A stretch of DNA of 64,000 bases from Octopus vulgaris (lineage: Eukaryota). The DNA is taken from assembly GCA_951406725.2 (NCBI GenBank), contig OX597815.1:137578001-137642000 (forward strand), given 5' to 3'. A program made the position numbers and the translations under genes. The notes under the pieces were generated by a model. It did no database searches. It was not told the DNA's origin and was given only the letters and a program-made list of their open reading frames with translations. Shown here piece by piece: positions 42,186-60,515 of this stretch; position 1 is the first letter of the stretch; each line of letters begins with the position of its first letter.

Positions 42186-44467
42186 AAATCCATTCATAAT
42201 AAATTTTTTTAAGTAGTGTTGGTTTGCCACGGATATAGTTTTTAGTTCCATTTATTCTTTTTCTCCATTCATAATTTTAAATGACGTTTACTTTCCATGA
42301 CGCGTATTCTTTTTTTACATAAGTTATTTCTATGGTAACGTAATTTTGGTTTGATTTTTTTAACGGCTAAGAATTTAATTTCACTTTATAATTTGAAACT
42401 GACTTGTAAGTATGTATTTTATTTATCCTTATGTCATATTGTTATTTTTGATATTCTGATTAATTACGATGTATTTAATGTTTTTTTCATAGGAGTGTTT
42501 ATGTATATGAGATTGTGTGTGAGTTTTTAGTTGTATAATTTATTTATCTGTATGAGTGTGGGTGTGTAAATATTATTGTATATATCGAGTTTAGTGAGTA
42601 TGTATATGCGTATATGTGAGGGAGTATATGTATCTGTTGTGTGTGTGTGTTTTGCCTGTGTGTGTGTTTTGTGTGTGAATGTGTATATGGGTTTGTTATT
42701 TAGGTTTTGGGATGTATGTGTTAATTTGTCTGTGTGTGGAGGGAGTGGATTTTGGTGTATATTGAGGTTTATAAGTTAGTATAGGTATGTGTATAAGTCG
42801 TGGGTCTGTGGTTTACGTGTGTGTATTTGTGTGTGAATGTTTAGGTTAGGGGGATTGCTATATAGGTTTGTTATAGAGTTTAGCAAAGGGAGATTTTATC
42901 GTTATATGTTTTTAAGAGTTTTGGTTTATCATGGTTTTTTTAGGGAATTCGTGGTAATTTGTCTATTTTCGATGTTGGTTGTTTTATTGCATTGTTTCAT
43001 TCATAATTTTTTGAGTGGTGTTCGCTTTGCCACGTGATTATTATTTTTAATTCCATTTATTCCATTTCTCCATTCATTAATTTAGAGATGTTCGTTTCTG
43101 GAGCGGTTATACTTTTTATACATATGTTAAGTTCCTTGGTAAAGTAATTTTGTTCGTGTATATGTTGAGGCTTATATGTACTTGTGGGTGTGTGTGAGTG
43201 GGGTGGGTGTTTGTATTTGTTATGGGTGTGTGGTTTACATGTGTGTTTTTGTGTGTGAATGTATAGGTTAAAGGGATTGCTATATAAGTATGTTATAGTG
43301 TTTAGTAAAGGGAGGTTTTATCATTTCTGTTTTGTGAGTTTTAGCTTATCATGGTAGTTTTATAAAAGAATCCATTCATAATTTTTGTGTTTATTTGTCT
43401 GTGTGGGGTTGAGTGGGTTTTTGGAGTATATGTTGAGGTTTATATGTATGTATTGGTATGTGTAAGTGGTGTGGGTATTAGTATATGTCGTGGGTGTGTG
43501 GTTTACGTGTGTGTATTTGTGTGTGAATGTTTAGGTTAGGGGGATTGCTATATAGGTATGTTATAGGAGTTTAGTAAAGGGAGATTTTATCATTATATGT
43601 TTTTGTAGAGTTTTGGTTTATCATGGTAGGTTTGTTACAGGAATTCGTAGTAATTTGTGTATATTTGCGTATGTCTGTTGTTTTATTGCATTACTTCATT
43701 CATACCTTTAAGTAGTGTTCGTTTTACCAAGTGAATATAATTTTTAATTCCATTATATTCCATTTCTCCGTTCATAATTTTGAGTGATGTCCGTTTTCTA
43801 GGAGCGTGAATGTGGGTTGTATGTGTGTGTGTGGGAGTATGAATAAGTATTGTGTTGAAGTTTTTAGCTATTTTATTTATTTTTATAGTTGCCTAGACGT
43901 TTTTATGTGTATGTATAGGGATATATATATAGGTGTGTGGCTTTAGTGTATGTAGTTAGATATGGTTATATATAATTAGGTATATGTGTATGGGTGTATA
44001 TATATTATTATTATATTATTATTATTTTTTGTTTTGTTTTATATTTTATATTTTATATTTTATATTTAATTCTTGATAGGTTTATTTTAGTTTATATATT
44101 GTTTATATATTGATAATATATGTATATATTATATATGGGTTATATATGGATTATATATTTATATTTTTTCATTCATACTTTAATTATTTTATAAATTATT
44201 ATTTGTATATTTTAAATATATTGATATTTTAGATTGAAGTCCACCTGAAGATTGTCGATCAAGACAAGAAACGATTGTAGTGGCGGTATTTTTTTTGACT
44301 ATTTATTAAAATTTTATGTATTGATTAAGTCTTTCCTTGTTTGTTTTGGTAAAATAGTGGTTTGTCTCTAATAATATTTTATAATATTTTACTATAAAAT
44401 TGGATTAATCCTAAATCTGATTTTTTTCCCTGTAAATTTGGATTTATTCCCTAATATTTATTATTTA
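42186..44467 (+). mobile_element. GT-rich non-coding element with internal direct repeats ending in a hammerhead module (Penelope-like, non-autonomous)
   Basis: Block gtgtgaatgt.taggtta..gggattgctatata recurs at ~42830, ~43255 and ~43520; hammerhead at 44241. Confidence 0.5.
44241..44283 (+). ncRNA. Minimal type I hammerhead ribozyme
   Basis: CCAC-CUGAAGA-UUGUC(GAUCAA)GACAA-GAAA-C(GAUU)G-UA-GUGG: intact core, stems I and II, minimal near-palindromic stem III, GUA cleavage triplet. Confidence 0.85.
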
Positions 44468-44489
44468 TATATATGTTTATATATATATG

Positions 44490-44663
<174 letters not shown>

Positions 44664-44677
44664 TACATATATATATA

Positions 44678-45461
44678 TCATCATCATCGTTAACGTCCGC
44701 TTTCCGCGCTAGCACGGGCTGGACGGTTTGACCGGGTCTGGGAAGCCAGTCGCTCCAGGCTCCAGTCTGAATCTGGCAGAGTTTCTATGGCGGCTGGATG
44801 CCCTTCCTAACGCCAACCACCTCCGTGAGTGGATTGGGTGCTTTTTACGTGCCACCTGCACAGGGGCCGGAGGGTCCGGCATCGTCACGATCGGATTCGA
44901 GCATTTTAACGTGTCAGCGGCACGGGGGCAACGAGGTCCGGGGTACTTTGGGATTGGGGTACATTTTGGGGATCCAGGGTACTTTGGGGATCCGGGGTAC
45001 TTATGGGGATCCGGGGTACTTGGGGGAATGGGTAGGGGGGTACTTAGAATGGGTAGGGGCATATGTGGAATTGCTGCAGAAAGCAGCCCGGGTCTTTGTA
45101 GTCACAGCATATCTCCAGAGATCTCGGTCCTTCGCCATTGCCTCAGTGAGGCCCAATGCTCTGAGGTCATGCTTGACCACCTCATCCCATGTCTTCCTGG
45201 GTCTACCTCTCCCCCTGATACCTTCAACTGTTTGGGAAGTGGCACTTCTTCACACATCTCTCTTCATCCATCCGCAGCACATGACCATACCATCGCAAGC
45301 GTCGCTCTTGCACACCACATCTGATGCTTCTTATATCCAGCATTTCTCTCAGGATACTATACACTCTGTTTATATGCACACTGACATACACATCCAGCGG
45401 ATCATATAGCTTCATATTCTATATCATAGTCTACGCATGTCTTCTGCAGTCACAGCCCATG

Positions 45462-45466
<5 letters not shown>
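44678..45466 (-). mobile_element. RTE LINE 3' fragment in a TA tract
   Basis: [33 protein letters not shown]; (GAT)n tail; TA repeats on both sides. Confidence 0.85.
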
Positions 45467-48778
<3,312 letters not shown>

Positions 48779-48780
48779 GG

Positions 48781-49107
48781 GACAGAGGCAAACCCAGGGA
48801 CAGAGGCAAACCTAACGGTCCATATGCCAAAAAGGATGGAAACAAGCAGCGCACACGGGTATGTAGGTTCTACCTGAAAGGTGCCTGCCGGCATGGAGAG
48901 GAAGGTGCAGGCTGCCGCTTTGCACATCCGGGACCCTGCCGCAGAAACCAACCACCGAGAGGAAATGGGATGGACCAGGCATCACCTGCCCCAAAACGGA
49001 GGTACGCAGATGTGGTGCGTACCACAAACCACCAACGTGTTGTTGAAAGGGCAGCTGCTGAGCAGGAATCTTTTTGTGCATGGCACAAAAGATTGTACAG
49101 CAGCTAA
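48781..49107 (+). CDS. LINE ORF1 C-terminal remnant with CCCH zinc finger
   Basis: Hand translation: [53 protein letters not shown]...KRRYADVVR...EQESF. C-x7-C-x8-C-x3-H at 48862-48927. The end depends on the U-run length at 49071-49075. Confidence 0.75.
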   Translation, partial: DRGKPRDRGKPNGPYAKKDGNKQRTRVCRFYLKGACRHGEEGAGCRFAHPGPCRRNQPPRGNGMDQASPAPKRRYADVVRTTNHQRVVERAAAEQESFCAWHKRLYSS

Positions 49108-52100
49108 CCTGGCTCCATCAGGCTCAGGCTCGCAGATGGAACTGCCCACAGTTCACGAGACCGCCACAGCAGATGGACCCAGGGTGGACAACGCCGGCAA
49201 CAGCATACACCTCACCTCGATGCTCCTACTGAACATCAGAGGTTTACTAACACACAGTAACAGGACAAAAGTCCCGTTCCTAAGAGACTTTGTCGCATGC
49301 AATCAAGCCTTATGCATAGCACTCACAGAAACGCATCTGAAACCGGACATAGCAGATGCGGAATTACACATACCACAGTATGTTGTACTACGGACCGACA
49401 GGAAAGAAAGGAGTCATGGAGGAGTTGCTATGTACATCCGTGGGGACCTCACACCCCAGGTCCTTTTGTCATACTCAAACTCGGTGTGTGACACACTAAT
49501 TGTACACATAAGGCAACTTGATGTAGTTGTGTGTGCTACATATCGCCCTCCAGATGCCCCAAGTCATATGGGCAAGTTCGAGGACTGCCTTTTAAAAATA
49601 GAAGAAGTTCTAACCACATTAGAACAACACATAAGTGTACTTCTCATGGGAGACTTCAATCTACCGAATGTCAGATGGCCCGAGGGCCTTTCTCTCCCAG
49701 GAATGACAAGATGTGAACGTGGACAGGCGAGGTCCCTCCTGAACCTCACCAACACCCTGTACATGGAGCAAGTAATACTGCAACCAACCAGAGCAGGTAA
49801 CACACTGGATCTCTGCTTCACAAATAATATGGATCTCATCCATAATGTGAAAGTGACACCGACACTACTCTCGGATCACAACATGGTAGAGCTGACCATG
49901 TACGGGCCAAAAGAGAGCACGGACATGCAGCCTACAAGAAACCCTCAGAATCTTTCCAGTTTGAACTTCAATAAGGCAAACTGGAAACAAATTGAGAAAG
50001 AGATCCTCAAACAAAACTGGCCTGAATGTCTCTCCTCGCCGGACATCGACATGATACTTCAACAATTCATGTCTGTAATGCAAGCCATATGCTACAAATG
50101 TGTCCCAGAGAGAAAGGCCACTGTACACAAAAACAAAATCCCCAGAGAGAGGAAAATTTTAATGAGACGGCGTACAAAAATTTCAAATCGCCTAAACAAA
50201 CAAATTGAAAGTAGTGAAAAGTCCCGCCTGAAAATAAAACTGCTGGAAATTGAAAATTGTCTGCAACTTTCCCATGAGAAGGAAAGAGCAGACAAAGAAG
50301 CCTGGGCTATAGACAACATAAAAACTAACCCCAGAGCTTTCTACAGGTATGCCAAAGAAACGGCTACAGTGCACTGTAGGATAGGGCCACTCCTTGAAAA
50401 GGATGGCACACTCACAGGAAAACCAATGAGGGTAAGTGAAATACTGAATGAACAATTCAAGAGTGTTTTCACTCCACCCCTTGGGCATTTCCAAATCAGC
50501 AATCCAACTGACTTCTTTACCACTGCAGATATAGAATCAGAGGCGGCGACGATAAGTTACATCGAGATAAAGGAAGACGATGTAATAAAGGCTATAGATG
50601 AAATGAAAATAGACTCAGCTACTGGCCCCGATGGATTCCCGGCAATCCTCCTAAAAGTATGTAAGAGAGTCTTAGCAAGACCACTGCAGTCCCTATTTCA
50701 GAGCTTCCTTGCAGCTGGCAAACTTCCAAGGGGACTGAAGGAAGGTAAAATATGTCCTATTCATAAAGGAGGTAGCAGAGCGGAGGCAAAGAACTACAGA
50801 CCTATCTCTCTGACCTCACACATCAGCAAGGTCATGGAACGAATAGTCAGAAGGAAACTAATCACCTTCCTTGAAGAAAATGACTTGCTGCCTGACACCC
50901 AACATGGTTTCCGACCAGGAAGAAGCTGCTTAACTCAGCTCCTGCAGCACTATGACTGGGTGCTGAAACAACTGCTCAACCACTCAAATGTGGAAGTCAT
51001 ATATCTCGACTTCGCAAAGGCCTTCGATAAAGTCGATCACGGAATGATATGTCACAGGCTGCGTGATCTTGGCATAGTTGGAAAACTAGGAGAATGGCTT
51101 CACGACTTTCTGAAGAATAGAAGTCAGGTGGTAGTAGCCAATGGGGCCACTTCCATTAACACGCAAATAATGAGTGGTGTTCCACAGGGCACTGTTTTGG
51201 GACCACTACTGTTCATAATGGCCCTCTCAGACATGCCCTCAGCCACGCAGAGATCCACGATCACAAGTTATGCAGATGATACAAAAGTTTCACAGGCAAT
51301 ACAGAACCCTGAGGACACTAAAAACCTGCAATGTGAGCTGGACGAAATATACAAGTGGGCTGAAAAGAATAGCATGCAGTTCAATGCTGGAAAGTTTCAA
51401 GCTTTATACTATCAGCATGCAAAACTGAATGCAATACCCAATGAATACACTGGACCCGGAGGGATTGCAATCCCAGAGGCACAATCAGTGCGTGACCTGG
51501 GTATTCACATGAGTGATGACGCGACCTTTCATGTACATGTTGCTAAACTGACAGTGAAATGTAGACGGCTGGCTGGCTGGATTCTTAGAACCTTTAGAAC
51601 AAGAGAACAAGAAACCATGATGGTCCTCTGGAAGACACTTGTCCTAAGCCACTTTGACTATTGCTCTCAGCTATGGTCACCATCCAGTGTCAAGTTGATC
51701 ACAGAACTTGAGGCGATCCAACGAAGCTACACAAAGAAGATAGCCTCTATGCAAAATGTAAGCTACTGGGAAAGACTCAAGAGATTAAAATTATACTCCC
51801 TGGAGCGTAGGCGGGAAAGATATGCCATAATATACATCTGGAAGATCCTGGAGGGAAGTGTCCTGAACTTTGGCATCGAGAGTTACACAAATGCCAGAAC
51901 TGGGCGCCACTGCGTGGTGCCTAGGACTCCAAACCTGCCATCAAGATGTAGGACAAGGTTCTGTGATAGCCTGGGCTTCCGAGGCCCACAGCTCTTCAAT
52001 ATCCTCCCGAAGAACCTGAGAGACCTGCATGGGGTGGATACAGATGTCTTTAAAATGAAGCTGGATCTCTTCCTGTCAGGTGTCCCAGATGAACCAACTT

Positions 52101-52180
52101 CACGGCAGGAGGGGCAGATGAGGGCAGCTGCATCGAACTCGCTCATGCACCAAATAGCAGCTGCTAAAAAGCCTCCATGA
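48881..52180 (+). CDS. LINE ORF2: APE endonuclease + reverse transcriptase
   Basis: 1099-codon open frame with LNIRGL, ALTETHL, YRPP, MGDFN, LDLCF, SDHN (APE) and [33 protein letters not shown] (RT). True start uncertain. Confidence 0.95.
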   Translation: MPAGMERKVQAAALHIRDPAAETNHREEMGWTRHHLPQNGGTQMWCVPQTTNVLLKGQLLSRNLFVHGTKDCTAANLAPSGSGSQMELPTVHETATADGPRVDNAGNSIHLTSMLLLNIRGLLTHSNRTKVPFLRDFVACNQALCIALTETHLKPDIADAELHIPQYVVLRTDRKERSHGGVAMYIRGDLTPQVLLSYSNSVCDTLIVHIRQLDVVVCATYRPPDAPSHMGKFEDCLLKIEEVLTTLEQHISVLLMGDFNLPNVRWPEGLSLPGMTRCERGQARSLLNLTNTLYMEQVILQPTRAGNTLDLCFTNNMDLIHNVKVTPTLLSDHNMVELTMYGPKESTDMQPTRNPQNLSSLNFNKANWKQIEKEILKQNWPECLSSPDIDMILQQFMSVMQAICYKCVPERKATVHKNKIPRERKILMRRRTKISNRLNKQIESSEKSRLKIKLLEIENCLQLSHEKERADKEAWAIDNIKTNPRAFYRYAKETATVHCRIGPLLEKDGTLTGKPMRVSEILNEQFKSVFTPPLGHFQISNPTDFFTTADIESEAATISYIEIKEDDVIKAIDEMKIDSATGPDGFPAILLKVCKRVLARPLQSLFQSFLAAGKLPRGLKEGKICPIHKGGSRAEAKNYRPISLTSHISKVMERIVRRKLITFLEENDLLPDTQHGFRPGRSCLTQLLQHYDWVLKQLLNHSNVEVIYLDFAKAFDKVDHGMICHRLRDLGIVGKLGEWLHDFLKNRSQVVVANGATSINTQIMSGVPQGTVLGPLLFIMALSDMPSATQRSTITSYADDTKVSQAIQNPEDTKNLQCELDEIYKWAEKNSMQFNAGKFQALYYQHAKLNAIPNEYTGPGGIAIPEAQSVRDLGIHMSDDATFHVHVAKLTVKCRRLAGWILRTFRTREQETMMVLWKTLVLSHFDYCSQLWSPSSVKLITELEAIQRSYTKKIASMQNVSYWERLKRLKLYSLERRRERYAIIYIWKILEGSVLNFGIESYTNARTGRHCVVPRTPNLPSRCRTRFCDSLGFRGPQLFNILPKNLRDLHGVDTDVFKMKLDLFLSGVPDEPTSRQEGQMRAAASNSLMHQIAAAKKPP

Positions 52181-52265
52181 AGTGAAACCAAGTAGCAACA
52201 CCAAATGGCGGTGCCCCAGCATGGCCACAGCTCATAGGCTGGAACTGGAATCAATCAATCAATCA

Positions 52266-54545
<2,280 letters not shown>

Positions 54546-55049
54546 CTACCCGGCACTAGACGCACTACCGGCCAAGGCCAAAGCACGCATCCCACAATAA
54601 CATCAACACCACCAAATAGTAAATCGAAATTCAAAACACACACAACTCGGAGTCCCAAAATCTGCCGGTATTCCCAACGTGAGAGAACATGTCTGCTGAG
54701 TGACTGTCCCTTCACTCATCTTCCAGGGACCCGACGCACAAACAGAAACGGGGCTTCAAGCCAACACACAAACCTGAATAAAAATAAAAATAGAAACACA
54801 CCATGCTGCAGTAATGCTGGTCCAGTCTTTTCAGGAAGACACAAAAACAACAACAACAAAAGTGGAAACTACAACCCTATCCAACAGTGCAACCACACCT
54901 CCAGCCAAAAACTGCTCCCTAAGCAGGAAAATTCTTTTTTAGCCATGTTGAACATGGCAAAAGAGATACACAAAAACATTCTAACCATCACTCAACACCA
55001 TCCTATGCTATTACCCCAGTGCACCAATTCCCCACATTGCTGCCACTAA
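54546..55049 (+). CDS. LINE family B ORF1 remnant with CCCH zinc finger
   Basis: Open frame [10 protein letters not shown]...[28 protein letters not shown]...[18 protein letters not shown]...HCCH*. C-x8-C-x4-C-x3-H at 54663-54719. Confidence 0.75.
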   Translation, partial: LPGTRRTTGQGQSTHPTITSTPPNSKSKFKTHTTRSPKICRYSQRERTCLLSDCPFTHLPGTRRTNRNGASSQHTNLNKNKNRNTPCCSNAGPVFSGRHKNNNNKSGNYNPIQQCNHTSSQKLLPKQENSFLAMLNMAKEIHKNILTITQHHPMLLPQCTNSPHCCH

Positions 55050-57038
55050 CACACACAAAAAATCCAAGCCCCCTGCAACAGTCAAAACCAGCCACTACAC
55101 TAACCTCCACATTCCTACTCAATGCACAAGGTGTCAGCCCTTCCATCAATGCACAAAAATGGAAGGTCCAATTCATTGAAGACTGGGTTGGTAACCATTC
55201 ACACCACATCCCTTTCTTCATTCTCACCGAGACCCACCTTGACAACTCCCACTTGGAAGCCGAAGTGAGAGTGAAGAATTTCACAACCATCCGTGCGGAT
55301 CGTATCGGCAGGAGGAAGGGTGGAACTGCCATTTTCCTGCATGATTCAATTACGGCAGATGGAAATAGCATATTCTCCAACGGCTACTGTGAATCAGTCA
55401 CCGTGCACAACAAAGCCAATGACCTGACAGTAATTGGGCTCTATAGGCCGCCCCAAACACCCATACTGTGCTTTAAAGAATGCCTCAACAGCATTAAGTG
55501 CTTTATTCAACAGTGCCATTCTAGCAACATACTCATGATGGGAGACTTCAATCTACCCTGTGTTGACTGGACTACAAACTGTTTGAAACCAAGCACTCCT
55601 GCCTCAACCGCTGACAAAGAAGCAGCAGAGTCACTTTTCGACTTTACGAATGAGTTTTTCTTGTCCCAACTCTTGTCCTTGCACCAACAAGACATCAGAA
55701 CATTTGGGACCTAGTAGTTTAGTAACCACACTAACACTATACATAACGTTACAGTGGGAAAAACCCTTCTTTCAGACCATGACATGGTTCTCTGTAACAT
55801 GAAATTCCACCAGCCGAAAGCTAATCCTAGTGACCTTCCTCCAGCCCACCCATTTGACAACATGGATCTCCATAATGCCAACTGGGGATGCAATCAGGAA
55901 TGAGCTATCACATGTTGACTGGTCCTTTACACATACACACATCTCCACCAACCATAAAACATCTTGGCAGATCTTTATAGACACCGCCACAGTATTTTCA
56001 TATATGCAAAACACTCCCCACCAAGACCTGTGAACAAAAAGTGCAGAATCCCCCAAAATAGAAAAAACCATTATCAGAAAAATAAAAAGAACAAACAAAA
56101 AAATTAACAAACCAAAGTGACTGCCAACAGCAACACACACATTCGACGGCTATCGCACTGCTTGAATCCAAAAAATATAACCTCCAACAATGCATGAAGT
56201 CCCTCATCAATAACCAAAGATCAGCTGAGGAGAAGTGGGCCATTGAAAAAATCAAACTCAACCCCAAAGTGTTCTTTTCTATTTGCGAGGAAACGCAGGG
56301 TCACTGTCTCCACTGTAGGCCCTCTAATTGACGAAACTGGCACTCTCCAAGATAATGCCAAATCCATGGCCGAGATACTGCAGAAACAATACTGCTCTGT
56401 TTTCAGCAATCCTGATATGGCCGATCTGGGCTGTATCAGTGATGTCAACCCCCAACACACTATATCGGACATAACGTTTAGTGCCCCCTGATGTCTTAGC
56501 GGCGATAAACGAAATAAAACACAATTCAGCAGTAGGCCCCGATAGGTTCCCTGCTTGTGTCCTGAAGGTGTGTCGACACCAACTTGCATCTCCCCTTGCT
56601 AATCTGTGGAGAAACTCACTGGATGCTGGCTATATTCCAAAAAACCTTCTGTCCCAGTCTGTTGTCCCAGTTTTCAAAAAGGGAAACAAGTCCCTTGCAG
56701 TGAATTACCGTCCGATCTCACTCACCTCTCATATCATCAAGGTATTTGAGAGGGTGGTGAGATCTCGAAATAACCCAATTTCTGGAAAGCAACAGACGGC
56801 TGATCTCCAACCAACATGGGTTCCGTAATGGAAGGGACTGCCTAACGCAGCTCCTGCATCACTTTGAGGACATTTTGAGAGCTTTGGGAGAGGGCTCCAA
56901 CACCGATGTCATCTACCTTGATTTCAGTAAGGCCTTCGACAGGGTCGATCACAAGATCCTATTGAAAAAACTATCCAACATTGGTGTCTCTGGAAAGTTA
57001 CTGAAATGGATTAAGTGTTTCCTGACAGACAGATCTCA
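54546..57038 (+). mobile_element. CR1/L2-group LINE family B, 5'-truncated in ORF1, cut by the gap
   Basis: APE (LNAQG, LTETHL, YRPP, MGDFN, SDHD) and RT ([18 protein letters not shown]) in frameshifted pieces. Confidence 0.9.
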
Positions 57039-57138
57039 NNNNNNNNNNNNNNNNNNNNNNNNNNNNNNNNNNNNNNNNNNNNNNNNNNNNNNNNNNNNNN
57101 NNNNNNNNNNNNNNNNNNNNNNNNNNNNNNNNNNNNNN
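57039..57138. other. Assembly gap, 100 N
   Basis: Direct reading. Confidence 1.
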
Positions 57139-57782
57139 CATACATATACTCTTTTACTCTTTTACTCTTTTACTTGTTTCAGCCATCCGGCTGAGGCCAT
57201 GCTGGGGCACCGCCCTTGTTGCTACCCTCTCTAAGTCCAGTTTGCCGTGGCTGGCCACTGATCTAAGAGAGAGTTTGTAGCTGCTGCCCTTAGGTTACCT
57301 TCGTACCTTGCAGTGGGTTCATCTGGGATCCCGGAAAGCAGCTTGTCTAGATGTTTTTTGAAAATGTCCACATCCGCATCATGTAGATCTCTTAGTTTTC
57401 TTGGCAGTTTGTTGAAAAGCTGAGGGCCCCTGAACCCCAGGCTATTACAGTATCTGCTCCTTACCCTGGATGTGGAAGACGGGACCTTTGGCACCACACA
57501 GTGACGTCCTGTACGGGGATTGGAACAGCTCTCAATTCCAAAATTTGGTGCTAGTCCCTCCAGGATTTTCCATATGTATATCACTGCATATCTCTCTCGT
57601 CTTCGTTCCAAGGAGTACAAATTGAGTTCCCTAAGCCTCTCCCAATAGTTCTTTTCTTTCATGGTGGATATCCTCTTGGTGATATGTCTTTGGATTGTCT
57701 CAAGCTCTGTGGTTAGTTTGACACTATGCGGTGACCACAGTTGAGGCAGTATATATATATATATATATATACACACAGATAC

Positions 57783-57813
<31 letters not shown>

Positions 57814-57854
57814 TATATATATATATACACACACATACATATATACATATATAT

Positions 57855-57915
<61 letters not shown>

Positions 57916-57942
57916 CACACATACATATATATATATATATAT

Positions 57943-57979
<37 letters not shown>

Positions 57980-58052
57980 CGCACATACATATATATATAT
58001 ATATATATACACATACATATATATATATATACACATACATATATATATATAT

Positions 58053-58085
<33 letters not shown>

Positions 58086-58224
58086 CATACATATATATAT
58101 ATACACATACATATATATATATATATACACATACATATATATATATATATACACATACATATATATATATATATACATACATACCTACATACATATATAC
58201 ATACATATATATATACATACATAT

Positions 58225-58255
<31 letters not shown>

Positions 58256-58374
58256 CATACATATATATATACATACATATATATATACATACATATATAT
58301 ATACATACATATATAAATACATATATACATATATATATACATATATATATATATACATATATATATACATATAC

Positions 58375-58405
<31 letters not shown>

Positions 58406-59038
58406 CATATATATATACATATACATACATATATATATATATATACATACATATATATATACATACATATATATATATACACATATATATATACATACAT
58501 ATATATATATACACATATATATATACATATACATACATATATATATATACACATATATATATACATATACATACATATATATATACACATATATATATAC
58601 ATATACATACATATATTTATATATACATATACATACATATATATATACATATACATATACATATATACATATATATATACATATATATATACATACATAT
58701 ACATATATATATACATATATATATACATACATATACATATATATACATACATATATACATATATATATATATACATACATATATACATATATATATATAC
58801 ATACATATATACATATATATATATACATACATATATACATATATATATATACATACATATATATATATATACATACATATACATATACATACATACATAT
58901 ACATATATATATACATACATATATACATATATATATATATACATACATATATACATATATATATATATACATACATATATACATATATATATACATATAT
59001 ACATATATACATATATACATATATACATACATATATAC

Positions 59039-59073
<35 letters not shown>

Positions 59074-59663
59074 CATGCATATATACATATATATATGTAC
59101 ATGCATATATACATATATATATATACATACATATATACATATATATATACATATACATGCATATATACATATATATATATATACATACATATATGCATAT
59201 ATATATATACATACATATATACATATATATATATATACATACATATATACATATATATATATATACGTACATATATACATATATATATATACATACATAT
59301 ATACATATATATATATACATACATATATACATATATATATATACATACATATATACATATATATATATACATACATATATACATATATATATACATACAT
59401 ATATACATATATATATATACATACATATATACATATATATATATACATACATATATACATATATATATATATACATACATATATATATATATATATATAC
59501 ATATATACATACATATATATATACATACATATATATATATACATATATATATACATACATATATATATTCATACATATATATATACATACATATATATAT
59601 ATACATACATATATACATACATATATACATATATATGTATATATATACATACATATATATATA

Positions 59664-59699
<36 letters not shown>

Positions 59700-59832
59700 T
59701 ACATATATATATATACATACATATATACATTCATATACATATATACATACATATATATATATATATATACATACATACATATATACATACATATATATAT
59801 ATATACATACATACATACATATATATATATAT

Positions 59833-59865
<33 letters not shown>

Positions 59866-59866
59866 T

Positions 59867-59935
<69 letters not shown>

Positions 59936-59939
59936 TACA

Positions 59940-59975
<36 letters not shown>

Positions 59976-60010
59976 TACATACATACATACATACATATAT
60001 ATATATATAC

Positions 60011-60043
<33 letters not shown>

Positions 60044-60056
60044 CATACATATGTAT

Positions 60057-60089
<33 letters not shown>

Positions 60090-60145
60090 TATACATACAT
60101 ACATACATATATATATATACGTACATACATACATACATATGTATA

Positions 60146-60191
<46 letters not shown>

Positions 60192-60192
60192 C

Positions 60193-60252
<60 letters not shown>

Positions 60253-60460
60253 ATACATACATACATATATATATATACATACATATATATATATACATAC
60301 ATACATACATATATATATATACATACATATATATATATACATACATATATATATATACATACATACATATATATATATATATACATACATATATATATAT
60401 ACATACATATATATATATACATACATACATACATATATATATATACATACATACATATAT

Positions 60461-60515
<55 letters not shown>

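Larger units (their letters stand above)
48779..52266 (+). mobile_element. CR1/L2-group LINE family A copy 3: truncated in ORF1, intact ORF2, 3' stem-loop, (AATC)n tail
   Basis: Both ends are directly in (TA)n; see the ORF features. Confidence 0.96.

Noticed and set aside
55670-56830. Multiple frameshifts in family B and copy A2 as programmed recoding
   Set aside because: Small indels with no slippery context, near a contig end or in homopolymers; decay or sequencing error is more likely.
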